Source: Xylographa opegraphella (taxonomy: Eukaryota). From it: DNA of 64,000 nt. Location of the stretch: positions 124,001-188,000 of the forward strand of contig JALDZX010000012.1 in assembly GCA_022813865.1 (NCBI GenBank). The letters run 5' to 3'. The position numbers and the translations under genes are program-made. Shown here one piece after another: positions 36,314-48,754 of the stretch. Under the pieces are notes generated by a model, which worked only from the letters and a program-made list of their open reading frames with translations, ran no database searches and had not been told where the DNA came from. Positions within the stretch are counted from its first letter, which is position 1; each line of letters begins with the position of its first letter.

Positions 36314-39300
36314 AGGCCGACTCTCTCTCCACGTCGTGATCGGCGGCATCCGATGAGGTCACACTGCTGGCGAGCAGAATCATATGAATACATGCCTGCA
36401 TCTCAGCTTTGTTTCTGGCACTCTGGTGATATCTACCTTGGAGCATGAATGCCCAACAAAATGGCGGCGATTCTCACGAGAATTGTACGCAGTGACTACC
36501 TATGCTGTACCGTCCAACAAGCCACGACTGATGTCCCAGTACACGATTTTCTCCCACTCCTGCACTTCCCTGCGGGGCATCATTGTGTCGATAGCGAGTG
36601 TGACCAAGCGATCTGTAGGGAGGAATCTACTGTTACTCGTCCCAATGCTGTAGTCCAAGTACTGGCTACAACAGCCAATGCTGATCGTCAGCGGTGATGG
36701 GTGCGTGACCGCATCCAGCTGAAAAGGCTGTGCGAGGTGTCACGACTTGCAGCAGTCGTGATGATCCGATCATTCCATTCCACTCCACTCCGTTCACAGC
36801 CCACTCGACGCACTTGCGTCCTCTTGCCGGTAGAGTTGGAGCGAAGTCGAGCCGGACCGCCAAGCTTCCCGCTGCTGGGAGACCCAACAATGAGGATGAG
36901 CTTGGTCCAGTCCGGTCGAATGTTGACAGCGTTTAAACTCGACATTCCAAGCTGGACCGTCTGCGCTGGCCGGTTGGATCCGACGGCCGATGGCCCATGT
37001 TTAGAATTGAATTGACGCCGATGATTGGCCTCGATCGTGCAACAGTTGGACTTTGTCAGCACCTTGACTCCAGCGATTTGCCACGCGAGCATTTTCGACC
37101 TGGCCGGGACTGGAACACCGATTGGGCTTCGGTTCTTGCATTCGCCGCCTCCCCACATGCTGATGTTGATCATGGGACTGGTTACAGAAACTTGAAACCG
37201 CCCATCGCGCGATCGTCAGGCTGTCGAAAAGTAATTCGACCTCGATCTCAAAAAGATCAGCAGTCGTCGTCGGTAGGCCATTGCCGGCGGGGGCACAACA
37301 ACCAATGATGAGATTTATCCGGTGAAGCCTTGACGATGCTGTTGAGTGCTCTTATCATGATCGGGTGCAGAGTACCACGACTGCCCACGCTTACAGAAAG
37401 CCGTCCGTGTCTGATCGATGCAAAAGGAATCCTACCGACCCAAGTTATCTGCATGGGTAGATACCTTTTCCCCAACCGTGCCTGACTGATTTCGTGGCCC
37501 GTTGCCACCGTGCCCCAATCGCTTGCACACCCGCCCCCCCCCAATCCCTCACCACGACCCGCATCCATCACACCCTCCCCCAACTCGCGACGACGGGATT
37601 TGTCCGAATGGAAAAGACTTATCATGCAGGATGCCGAATATGCAGGAACGAGGGGGCACGTTTCGCCCCGGCTTGCTTCGACACGCCAAGAGCCAACGTC
37701 CGCATTGGGAGCATTCGACAGCGAATACGTGCCTCGGAGCTGCGTCTTTCGAATCCTTCAACATGGACACTGGCCTTCTGCACGCTTACCCAACGCACAG
37801 CATTCGGATGTCACTGCACACTGAGATCCTGGCTGCCAGATGGGGAAGAACGCCAAATTGCTTTTTCCTTCGAGCGTCGATGCCGCACCCAGGACCACCA
37901 CGAACTAACGCACCCACACAAGCGATGTTACAAACGGCAATGCTGCGCAGAGGCACACGATATGTCGGAAACCATATGCGGGGAGAGCAAACCGCTTCCC
38001 AGAATGTCAAGGGCCGGCTTTTGTCGAGCCTCTTTGCTCCAAGCGTGCGAGCTTGCTGCTGACGGATGCATTTTGGTGTCTTCCAATGTAGCCAGCCCTA
38101 CAGGTCTGAACCACGACTTCGACCACCGCAACCTATGGAGCAACCCGAGCTATTGCACACAGCTCGCAGTTCACAGTTCACACTGTCGAAGTATTGTCTT
38201 CCATGCGATCCAGCCAACAACCCCTCATTTCCTCCCAAGTCGAAAGCCTCCTCGTTGTATGCGCAATATCTCCACCATGCCGTGAATCATTTATCGTTAC
38301 AGGGGCAGTGCGTCTCCCAGACGTGTACTTCACATGGCTTCTCTCTTTTCTGAAAGTCAATCAGCTCCTACCATTTCTTTACCCGTTCTTCGCAAGCTGC
38401 TACCCTCTCAAGCCCTTTCACCCCCTTTTCTATCCCATCCATTTCTCACCTGCCATCTGTAACGCCGCCCAAGCTCCTTCGAATCTCCATAATGATATCC
38501 TATCTCTCCCCTCTCCACGAATCAAACCTCCGAAACATTCCACCCCGCTCTCCACCACCTCTCACCGTCAAACGACACAGCCTGAGCAACTATCATCACA
38601 TCTACCCCTCTCCCAAAATCCACCACGTCACAACCACCAGCCCAGACACCCCCCTTCCTCTCCTTCCCCTAACCCAAACCACCCTCCCCCTTATCCCATC
38701 CCAACCCCCCCCAACCGGAGCCTCCCCCCCAACCACACACCCTAAACCCCACTCGAGCGCGCCCTCCACGATCTCTCTCGCTCTCTCTCACTCCCCGACT
38801 ACGGACCGAGACGTCGTGCGCGAAACACACTTCGCCAATGCCCCCTTTCCGGGATCATTCACCGGGGTTCCATTAGATGCGGCATCGAATAAAAAGACGA
38901 GCGTGAAGATGGTGCCGACACTGCATCTTATGAATAGATTCCCAGCCTGATGAACGGGTCACGCTTGGCTGTATCATGTGGAGCCGCTGTGCTGGAGAAT
39001 GGGGATGGGGATAGTGTCGTCCTTACAGACTCCGTACCGTATCGAGCGGTCGGCATTCCCAGCCGGATGAGAGTGGACGATCTGCTTGCCACTGTTCTTG
39101 TGTGCACACCGTGGTTCTATACCTCATGCAATGGTGTGTTTCTTGCAGATTTGATATTCGATCTGCGTCCCCATCCGACGTACGATCGGGACGGCATAGA
39201 CTACCCAATCCCGAAGAGAAGCGCGGCACTCATAACGATGGATCGTTCCACACAGCCAAAAGCCTAAAAGTTCCCCGAATTGTATTTCCTGTAGGATTTC

Positions 39301-39520
39301 TAATACAGGTCCAGCCTTACTGCTGATAGGATTTTGCACAAAACAAAGCAGCTATGGATCTAACCCCGCTAAATACTATATCTACCCATTCGGAGCAAGC
39401 CAGGCCCTCACAAACCAGATCGCTAGCCATAAACGCCCTCGGCACGATCGATCATATTTTCCATTCCCCAAACGCCCTACAACATCGTTGCTCTTGCACC
39501 CAGAACCCCGACGCCGCCTT

Positions 39521-41428
39521 TCAAAACCCACCTTTGGCCTGCAATTTCTTCGCCATGCCCACTGCGCCCTTGACCCAGCTCACCGGCGGCGCCGAAGTCT
39601 TCGTCGCCCCTTCCGCCTCGCGGCCGTGCTCATCGCGCCACACCCCGTCTTCCTGGCTGCCGCGACCATACGCGCCGGTGTTCTGGTTGCGCTCGATGCC
39701 CTCGCGCCACTTGCGGCACGTCGGCGCCGAGTCGATCATGACGTTGATCTCCTGCGAGTGGTACCAGCTCTGGGTGTCCTGGTTGCCGGAGCCCTGGATG
39801 CCGACGTGGCCGTCGGCGATGAGCAGTTTGACGTGGCAGGCTCGTTGGCTGAATTGGTGGTGGATGGGCCGCGACTGGTCTTTGGCGGTGTACCAGTGGA
39901 CGTGCAAGCGCGTGCGTTCCTGGGGGGTGAGCTCCTTGTGTAGCTTGGCGGCGAAGGTTTCGTTCGTGCCGCCTTGGCCGGGCATCATCTCGCCGGCGTC
40001 GTTGTAGCCGAGGCAGACGTAGTATGTGATCTCGATGCCGCGCTTGACGGCGGCGGCGAGGGCAGGGAGGAGCTGGGAGGCGTTGAGGTCGGGGGTTTGG
40101 ATGAAGATGGACTGCTGGGCGTTGCGGATGCAGGATAGGAACGCTTCGTTCTGTGGAACAAAGGCGTCTGCGTTGCTGGGTGAGCCATGAGGCCGTCGGG
40201 AGACTAGGGCCATCGGCATGTCCTCTCTCTCGTGTGCGATGTAAGGCGTAAATTCGGATCCAGGCTCTGGTTCCGGCGCGGTAGGTTTAGCGTTGCTCTT
40301 GCTCGTGAGGTTTAGATGTCGGTTGATCGCCGACACACGACTCTCGCCAGGTCTAGGGGAGTACATGGCCTGTACTCGAGTGATTTCTGCGGCTAATGTG
40401 TCGTCGTAATGAGGGTCGCCTGGATTGTGTGGTGCCAGATGTTCCTTCGCTGCATTTCCATCTTGTACGATGGCTTGTTGCTCACGCGCATTGCCGTGGT
40501 TGAAGAGCTTTTGAAAGGAAGGCTCATTCGAAGTACTGAACCTGCCGTTGATTGCAGGAGAATTTCGGGATGGCAAAGGTGGATTCAGGGCTTCGTGCCA
40601 GGTAATCAGGAAGGAGTCGTAGAGCGAATCGACAACCGGCCCCTCCAAATGTGTCATCATCTCCATATTAGCATTGTTCTCCATATTATTGCTCTCGACA
40701 ATGCCGATTTGTCTGTCGACGACCATGAACTTGGCGTGGAGAGTGCCGAGTAGCGGTACATGTAAGCTAGCGACTTCGAGGTCAAGATTCGGAATCTCAT
40801 CCGGATGCGGGAGTTTTATCTTTTCGCCCGTGTAAACCTCCACGGGGACTTTCTGATGCGGGTTGACGAATTGCTTCGGCCCAGCTTTGTCGAAGATTAT
40901 CTTCACAACCACCCGCTCGCCTCTTGCGCCTGCTCTTCGAGAAAGCTCTTTGAGCGCATCACTCATGAGATCGATGGCATCCGATGCTGACCAAGAACAT
41001 GTCGCGAAAAGCACCTCTTTCCTCGCTCTCACAATGACATTCGACATGTGTCGGATCAAGTCCACGAGAGGAGCAATCACGCTCAGTGGTATGGAGCCAT
41101 ATGTGCCTATGAGCGCCGGCGACACCACGCTGCACGTCGGGTCAGCTTCAAGGCAACATAGAACGTCGTGGTATACGCGAAGGAAAAGCTCTCCAGGCCG
41201 TGTCGGTCCCCATCGCCCACAACTGAAGGCCAATTCGAGGTCTTCCTTGGACGCGGGCCTCAGAACATCATCAGCATCGCTGGAGGGCTTCCCAGTCTTT
41301 TCCTTCTTCCCAAAGAGCTTGGTCACCGCTTCCCCGGGACTCAATGATGGGTCCTGCGCAAGCAATGAGCTCACGGTCTCTTCGGCTTGACAATGTTTCA
41401 CCACTCTTGGCGTGACTTGGGGCTGCAT
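39521..41428 (-). CDS. Phospholipase D superfamily protein (two HKD motifs); intronless
   Basis: LHAKFMVVD..ESNN and CHVKLLIAD..GSGNQD..SQEIN. Likely start is MQPQV at 41428; there is an in-frame upstream ATG at 41614. Confidence 0.85.
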   Translation of the reverse strand: MQPQVTPRVVKHCQAEETVSSLLAQDPSLSPGEAVTKLFGKKEKTGKPSSDADDVLRPASKEDLELAFSCGRWGPTRPGELFLRVYHDVLCCLEADPTCSVVSPALIGTYGSIPLSVIAPLVDLIRHMSNVIVRARKEVLFATCSWSASDAIDLMSDALKELSRRAGARGERVVVKIIFDKAGPKQFVNPHQKVPVEVYTGEKIKLPHPDEIPNLDLEVASLHVPLLGTLHAKFMVVDRQIGIVESNNMENNANMEMMTHLEGPVVDSLYDSFLITWHEALNPPLPSRNSPAINGRFSTSNEPSFQKLFNHGNAREQQAIVQDGNAAKEHLAPHNPGDPHYDDTLAAEITRVQAMYSPRPGESRVSAINRHLNLTSKSNAKPTAPEPEPGSEFTPYIAHEREDMPMALVSRRPHGSPSNADAFVPQNEAFLSCIRNAQQSIFIQTPDLNASQLLPALAAAVKRGIEITYYVCLGYNDAGEMMPGQGGTNETFAAKLHKELTPQERTRLHVHWYTAKDQSRPIHHQFSQRACHVKLLIADGHVGIQGSGNQDTQSWYHSQEINVMIDSAPTCRKWREGIERNQNTGAYGRGSQEDGVWRDEHGREAEGATKTSAPPVSWVKGAVGMAKKLQAKGGF

Positions 41429-42057
41429 TCTTATTGGGAGAAGCTCTCGTTGATAGACGGTCAAGCTTTTTTGCCAAGAGGTCAAGGAAAGGTTCTGGAA
41501 CAATGCGGACCTTGAGCCAAGATATGGAGGTGCGGCCTCTGACGTCACCGCGAGACGAGTGTAAACAGGCTCGACAGGGCAATGGCTGGTGCATGTGAGG
41601 TGTATTGAAACCATTGCTTTGCCTTCAGTGCAGTCGATTACCAGGTAGAGTACAAGATCAAGATATAGTCGGATATGAGATTCTGTTCTTCTGCATTGTT
41701 ATCTATCATTATCTTGAATGTTGGAGCAATCTAGCACAAAGTCATCACTGATGGTCGCCGACTTCATGCATCATATTCTCTAGATCATGTATGAGTTGCC
41801 GCGAGTGATCGCCGGCTCTAATCAGCTATATTTCTACCGTTCAGATTGTATTTTTGAGAGGTCAATTGAGACTACCGAATGAATGATATGATAGCTAAAG
41901 TATTGGCTCGCCCACTGGCATACGGTGTTTCGTGAATGCGCAGTTCTTTATCGATACGCGCGATTGACGGTTCACTTTGAAAAGCTACGGAGGAATGTTG
42001 CATTGTCTACACTTGCTTAAATAGAATAGAGGATATCCATCTGACACTACAGCAGCA

Positions 42058-44072
42058 ATGCCACAATCAACATGCAAAATCTGCAATGGCTTGAAGCAGC
42101 GCCTGATCGACGAAAGTGATACCACACTGCAATTTGATAGTCCATTACAAGAACTTTATCAGATGGCAGAGTGCTGCAGAGGTATATGTGCACTATTGCT
42201 CGGTGCCGTCGTTGGGATGACAACCCCCGAAGACCAGGCCCGGACACGGGCAGTCTTGTTTGCCGGTGGACGTGGCTCCCGGTCTCTTCTTCGAGTTTCA
42301 GGCGCCTCGATAGACTATGAGGACTTCACATTCAACCTAGAATTCTACATAAACCAGAACTGTATTTCACATTTCTCCATCAGTAGGATATCATGAATGG
42401 CACTTGCTGATATCACATAGGCGACTCGTGGCCAGAAGCCCTGTTTCTAGAAGGTCGAAGTTTTCCACAAACTCCTTCTGACCTGATCTGTATGAAGCAG
42501 ATGTCGCAGTGGTTAGATCATTGTACTTCTCACCACCGGTACTGTCGTTTGCCTATGCCACCAGCGTCACCGGAGTTGCGCATGCTTGACATCAGCTCGT
42601 CAACTAGTTCGGATTCGGCATCCATTCGTCTTGTTGAAGGAGTTGAGCTCACGGCACGTTTCGCGGCCTTGAGCCATTGCTGGGGAATGGCACAGCATCT
42701 GGTCACAACGAAATCATCTCTTAATGCGCACAAAACCGGTATCTCATTGACAAGTCTTTCCAAGACTTTTCAGGACGCCATCACAGTATGCCGCTTCCTC
42801 GGAATAAATCACCTATGGGCGGACTCGCTCTGTATTCTCCAGGACGACGAGGAAGATTGGAAGAAAGAATCACAGAAGATGGGCCATGTTTATCGGTATG
42901 CACATTTGGTAATATCAGCAGACGCTGCAGTAGACGGATCCGTTGGGTGTTTTACTCCACGCGAGGTTTCTAAATCTTTCGTGTCCTCATCCGCTGGACT
43001 AAGTAAATCCACTGTACAGATCTATGCTCGCACTGCGATAGAGCACTCTCAGTACGCGAACACACTTGCTGATCATGAATTCCGCGATCCTCTCTCTTAT
43101 CGAGCTTGGGTATTGCAGGAATGGCTTCTCGCAACACGTACTCTTCACTTTAGCAGTCAAGAACTTGTTTGGGACTGTAGAACGAGCTTCCACTGCGAAT
43201 GTGGCGGCTTCGACAGACTTACTGATGAAACAGCATCCACAAGCCATGGAAATGTTCCAGATATGCGTGGCCTACGTGGCGAGGTTTCAAAATGCCTGAA
43301 CCAGTCTGCAAGTGCAAGTATGACTACCGCAGCACGTCTCAATCTGTGGCTTGATGTTGTTGAAGAATATACAATGCGTCAGCTTACGAAGACCTCGGAC
43401 AGAATGATTGCAATTTCTGGCCTGGCGGATGAGATTGGCGCCTCTGATCCTGGCTTAGGGGCCCACAGTTTTGGGTTATTTCACTACAGACTCATAGAGC
43501 AACTGCTATGGAGTCGCTACGCAACCGACGGACCCCCCGGGCAAAGAAATAATCCAAGTTCAGCGCCGACGTGGTCTTGGGGGTCGATTAATCAGCCTGT
43601 ATCGTGGTACGAACGTTCATGGTTGAACAGTGAAGCGCCCGGTGGGCATTACAACGCTATCACGTCTATCTCTCTCGGAAGCGAAAGCAAGGATCTTTCT
43701 CGACAGAGTACCAACAATCTCCTGTCCGTCACTGCGCCATGTATCGAAGCAAGCATCCCGGCCTCAACCTGCCTGTCCTATGGCCAAGGTATCGTTCAGG
43801 CAAAGGGTACCACGGCGGTAGACGTGCAAGAAGCGTTTTTCTCAATTGACATCGATCTCTCAGAAGAGCTCCGCAAAGGGGACCTCGAGGTCGTATGCGT
43901 CAAGATCTTAGAAACACATGCAGACGGTGACCAAGACCACAGCTGTGGGTCCCTGATCTTGATGCGATCAGCAAATAATCCCAATCAATGGACTAGGATT
44001 GGGTCGGATGCTGACCAGATCCCACTGGAGTGGTATAGCGGAGCTGAGAATAAAACTCTGGTGATAATTTAA
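42058..44072 (+). CDS. HET-domain (heterokaryon incompatibility) protein, 2 exons
   Basis: N-terminal CKIC; intron 42362-42420; FAALSHCWG, KTFQDAI..LGI.HLWADSLCILQDD..DW..ES..MG.VY, PLSYRAWVLQEWLL, DRMIAISGLA, APTWSWGS. Confidence 0.9.
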
Positions 44073-44380
44073 GTTAATGCGTTCTGTTCCCATGCCTTGG
44101 TCCTCACTGACCCATAGTATCCAAATCTTTGAATAGTCTCCATTGTTCGACTATTGAGATTTTCATTAAAGCTGTTTTGTCCAGAGGTTACACGACCTGC
44201 CCGTACATATTTTAAGGTATGTAGCGAGATCTCCGACCTTCCTTCAACATTCTTCTAATCATGATAGCAGCCGTGATATGACTCGGCATCAGAAAACAAC
44301 CTCGTATCCTGTTCAAATTATCGCATCCGCCTTCCCCTATAATTTTATCCCCAAATCACCATGCCGACCAACCATACATC

Positions 44381-45538
44381 TCAATCTCTTTTTCTCAGGA
44401 ACCCCACCACAGCCTCGTTGAACGCATCTGCTTCCTCCCATGCAAACGCATGCCCGCCCTTCACGGCCTTCCACTCCGCGCCTTCAATCCCTTTCCACAA
44501 GTCTCTGCTCAATGCCACAGGAATCAAGATATCCTCCTCCCCTACCAGCACCAGCACCCTCTTCCCCTCCCCACCCAGCTCCCCCAGTCTTTGCCGCGAA
44601 TCGAACGTTTGGATCACTGCTAGCTGATAGGCGGTCCCGATTTAGCAATGCATCTTCCAGAAACCAAGTCCCCTCCAAAAATACCTCTCTAGCCACACCT
44701 GCCTCACACAGACCTCCCAGAAACGCATTACGCAACCCTCCACTCCACCTATAAGGAAATAAAACCTCGGGAAGCACTCACCTGCGCCAAATACGCCTCT
44801 ACACTCTGCACCGCCCCCTGCGCCGCCGCCTCCATCTGCACCAGCTCCGCCTCCCGTTCACGGTAGAACCGCTGCGTGAAGCACCACAGGTCCGTATCGC
44901 GCCGCACGAACTCGAGGCCGGTAGAGCGCGCCATATCGGCCCACAAGGCGAACATGCGCGAGCAGAAAGGCCCCGGCGACGCGTAGGTGCACGCCAGCAC
45001 GAGGCTGAGCACGTCGGCCGGGTAGGCGAGGGCATAGGACTGGGCGATCATACCGCCCATCGAGACGCCGACTGTAGTGGAGGAGGGCGGTGATTAGTAC
45101 GAGATAGGGGAGCTGTGTGAAGGGGAGGGGGATGCTCGGTGTGATGCGAGGGGGGTTCAATAGCAGCACAACAAGCACAAGTGCATAATAATTTCTTTCT
45201 AACATAGTCCCATATAAAACACCGCGAATCTCAAAATCACACCGTAGGAAGAACCCACCGAGATGAAACCTCTCCAGCCCCAGCGCCCCCACAAGCGCCT
45301 TCGCGTCGTCCGCCAGCACCTCCGCCGTGTACGGCCCAGCGGGCTGGTCGCTCAGCCCCACGCCGCGGTTGTCGAAGCGCAGGACGCGGAAGCCGGCCGC
45401 CAGGAGCGCGGGCAGCTGCAGGCTCCAGGACGACAGGTCGTCGGCGAGGCCGTTGACCAGCACCACGGTTTCAGCGCCGGAGCCGTGCAGGGCGTAGTTG
45501 GTGGTGAGGTTGCGGGAGGGGAGGTGCATGAGGGGCAT
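44381..45538 (-). CDS. Alpha/beta hydrolase (3-oxoadipate enol-lactonase PcaD-like), 3 exons
   Basis: VVLVNGL, LRFDNRGVG; introns 45072-45258 and 44624-44781; VGVSMGGMIAQ nucleophile elbow, GEEDILIP, GGHAFAWE. Confidence 0.85.
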
Positions 45539-45704
45539 GGCTGGTTGTGGGGTAGTGGGGAGAAGGGGGGATGGAGTGGTCTGATCTTTATGCAGTGGTT
45601 GTGCTAAATGTTGATTGGTATTTGAGTTGGGATTGGGGGTGGATGGGCGTATGGGCGGTTGGTCTCCTGCGCGTCATGGCGGGTACCTGATTGGGGCCTC
45701 GGCT

Positions 45705-45733
45705 GGGTAAGCGGGTAGGGTTAGGGGTGTGGG
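45705..45733 (+). promoter_or_regulatory. Canonical G-quadruplex-forming motif upstream of the alpha/beta hydrolase
   Basis: GGGtaagcGGGtaGGGttaGGGGtgtGGG: five G-tracts with short loops. Function is not shown. Confidence 0.4.
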
Positions 45734-46057
45734 CTAAGGTGCGGCTTGCGGACGGATGGCATGGTATTTGCTAGATCTAAGGCGATTATACTGGAAGGAC
45801 AAAACAGACGTAAGGTATTCAGTAGACTTGGTGATAATTTGGCTGTACTGATTGTGAATCTTCATCGGTGTCAAGAGCATTGCATCCAATACCCCATCGC
45901 GACATGATCAAGCGAGTGGTGAGTAATGAGAATGGAGCTTACTTTGTATCAGATTTCTTTGATGTTGAGTTACCAAAGATTCTATACTCCATTATAATAT
46001 CGGGCACTGCATTTCTAATGATACCGCAAAATTTGATCACTCTACACTATAATACCC

Positions 46058-47685
46058 CTAAGCCAGTAGCATACATGAACCGCCGAGCAAACTCATCAGG
46101 GTGACAAGACTAATAATTATGAAAGTGGCACTCTGTGCAGAAAGTTGCTGTCCCGGACTCGCAGCGGAGCTCATTGTGGCAGAAACACTGCTACCTGTCG
46201 CAATTGCCGATCCGCCCGTTTTGGCGGTTGCAGAGCCAAGCTTGAGGGTTGGTGTGACGGACTGTAAGGAAACAGTTTTGGCAGTAGCAGTTGCCAAAAT
46301 CTGAAGTGGGGCACTTGTACCTGTCGCTGACGGTAATGCAGTAACAGTGACGGTAGCCGAGATAGTGGTGGCACCAATTCCAGAACTGGCTGCGAGGACA
46401 ACGATATTCGACTCAGTGGTGTTTATATTGGCTTGAGCCATGCTGATAATGGCATTGTCAAGGTCAAAAACGAAGTAGCCAGCAGTCATGAATATGTCGC
46501 CTAGTATGGCGAACGGAAGAGGTGCATTGGATACTTGAACCTTGCAAACTGGGTTTCCATCTTGATCAACCTGTGCGGAACCATCGGCGAGTAAAGCAGG
46601 TTTAAGAAAGTTGGACAGAGGGACGGTAATGACAGCGGTAGGATCGTTGTTGAAGCCGAAGGTGAAAGCGTCTCCATACGTTCCCAGATCACAATTGACA
46701 AGTAGCGTACCATCATCTTGAGGGTGAAGTCCCAGGCCGTCGACCAACTGTGTTGCGATGTCTGCTGGCAGAGACATTGCGGTGCTTCCACTATCAAGAA
46801 GAGCGCCTGTTGCTCCAGAGTATAGAGTTACATTGCCATCCTCTGAAGTGTAGTTGAGTAATGTCCATGGTATGATAAAACGGTCGAGTAGTCCACTTTC
46901 TGGGTCGTTTACCATCGGCACAGATGCTAGACTGCCGCTGTACTTGGCAGTGTCGATCCCTCCAAAAAGTATTGAACCAGCCTGAGCATCTATGCCGAGT
47001 AATCAATAGCTGATAGACAGAGAAAGTCGAGACACTTACTAGGATCATTGAGCCATACACTATACGCTTGTACATTTATAAGGCCTTGCGATTTCATCTG
47101 CTGAACAACACTGGGATATCTGATCTGGCCAGCTTTAGTGGGCGGGAAACCCACACCCATAATTGGAATGATACTGGCGTTGTTCGGATTATAGGTTGAC
47201 TGCGTAAGACCAAAGGTCTGGTTCATGATGCTCATACCGTTAAAACCGACAGTATCTGCAAGCCATGTCCCGGAATCGGTGTTACCGCCCCCATAACTGT
47301 TCGAGAAGTTGCCGAGCGTAGAAGTGAGATCCTGAGTCGTGTTGGACTTGGTTGGGTCGAAAAACTGAGGCAGGATTCCAACCGAAGCAGCAAAGGCAGG
47401 ATTGCATAATGCGGTGGAATCCGAACAAGCGCTGTTCCCAAGAAGTACCAAATCGGAACTCCCGGTATCGAACTGAACGGACATGTATTGAGGAGGATTT
47501 CCCACACTAATGTTGACAGCATAGGCGCTGTGCTGAAAATTAACAGCAGTAAGAGAGAGAGTATCTGCAGCGGCTTCCTGGCGGGCAATGTTCATGTGGA
47601 CGACCTTCGCTGCCGGTTCTGCAAATGTGAGTCCCGACCACAGAGCCATTACTACCAACAGGCTATTTCGACATGGCGATGTCAT
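46058..47685 (-). CDS. Yapsin-like A1 aspartic protease, secreted and GPI-anchored, 2 exons
   Basis: Signal peptide; catalytic motifs FDTGSSDL and LLDSGST; intron 46990-47039 gives YSVWLNDPNAQAGSILFGGIDTAKY; ILGDIF; S/T-rich tail with hydrophobic end. Confidence 0.9.
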
Positions 47686-48754
47686 TTCTAAAGTAGTCGC
47701 GAGTGGTTCTTGAGCAGAATAGTTATGATGGGAAACGCTATCACGATTATGTGTCGAATAACGCCAGTTGCAGACAGTAGACAAAACGTCGGAAAAAGCA
47801 GGAGCATTGAGCACAAGATACCGAAAAGGAATTTGAACAGTATGGACGCAGCGCCACCCATGTCAGGCGGTGGAATACACACTCCGTCTGACTTCAATCT
47901 CGGTTTTGATGGGTAGCAGCATCGAATGGAAACGGAAGCCAGTTTTTCAGTTGAACCAACTCGTCTCCACTTTCTCAATTAGATCTTTCAGCCTTGTCAA
48001 GAACCCATGGACGCGCCCCGTGAGTCTGCAGGCATTGTGTTCAAGCATTAACATTCCTTTACGGCATAGTACGTAAGAACCACAGCTGATCTCCTTGCAA
48101 GTAATGTGGCGTATAGAGCGGAGTAATAGAGGGAAATGACCGATTGAACTTCACCATTGGGTACCAGACAACACACACGGTAAAGTTGTGCCCATGTATC
48201 GTCTCTGGTCTTGCTGATAACGCTACCAAGATCGATGGCTCGGAGGAGGAGGACAAGCTTAGGATAATCAATGACGAAAGAGCACCCGAGTCTCAACATT
48301 CGCAGTCATACGGGGCGATCACCCCCGACTCTACACCGTCACAGGAGAAACTTACCTTAAGCATCCTCACTTCTGAGGCTCTGGTGATCAGCGGCTTCAA
48401 TTAAGCGCTAGTGGCATAAATAGCCTCGTTTCAGCTTCAGCCCTAGAACGAGCTGCCCCGGTGCGCACAAAAGCCGCCATGCCTTTCGGGGACTAGTTGA
48501 GGTCTGAGATATTCACGCAACCGTACTGTGGTATATCTGAGTGCTGGATAATGATAGCCTTGAGAGAATCCCTTGCTGACGTAGATTTTCACCTCCTCCA
48601 ATACGGGTATTGCGATTTAGGGACCAATTGATACCAATTGATAATATATGTGCCACTGAATTCATTCGAAATTTGACGGTTGTTCCAAGTTTGGAGTTCT
48701 TATACAAAGACATAGCTAGTGCTACAAGGCAAGAAATCTCTTTACAAAGAAAAA

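Noticed and set aside
41620..41750. GTGATGA...CTGA spacing on the minus strand resembling a C/D snoRNA
   Set aside because: No terminal stem and no recognisable rRNA-complementary guide; it lies in the PLD/HET promoter.
48144..48404. Short ORF with ERAP..SYGAI, reminiscent of a transporter tail
   Set aside because: Too short and unsupported by splice signals or other motifs.
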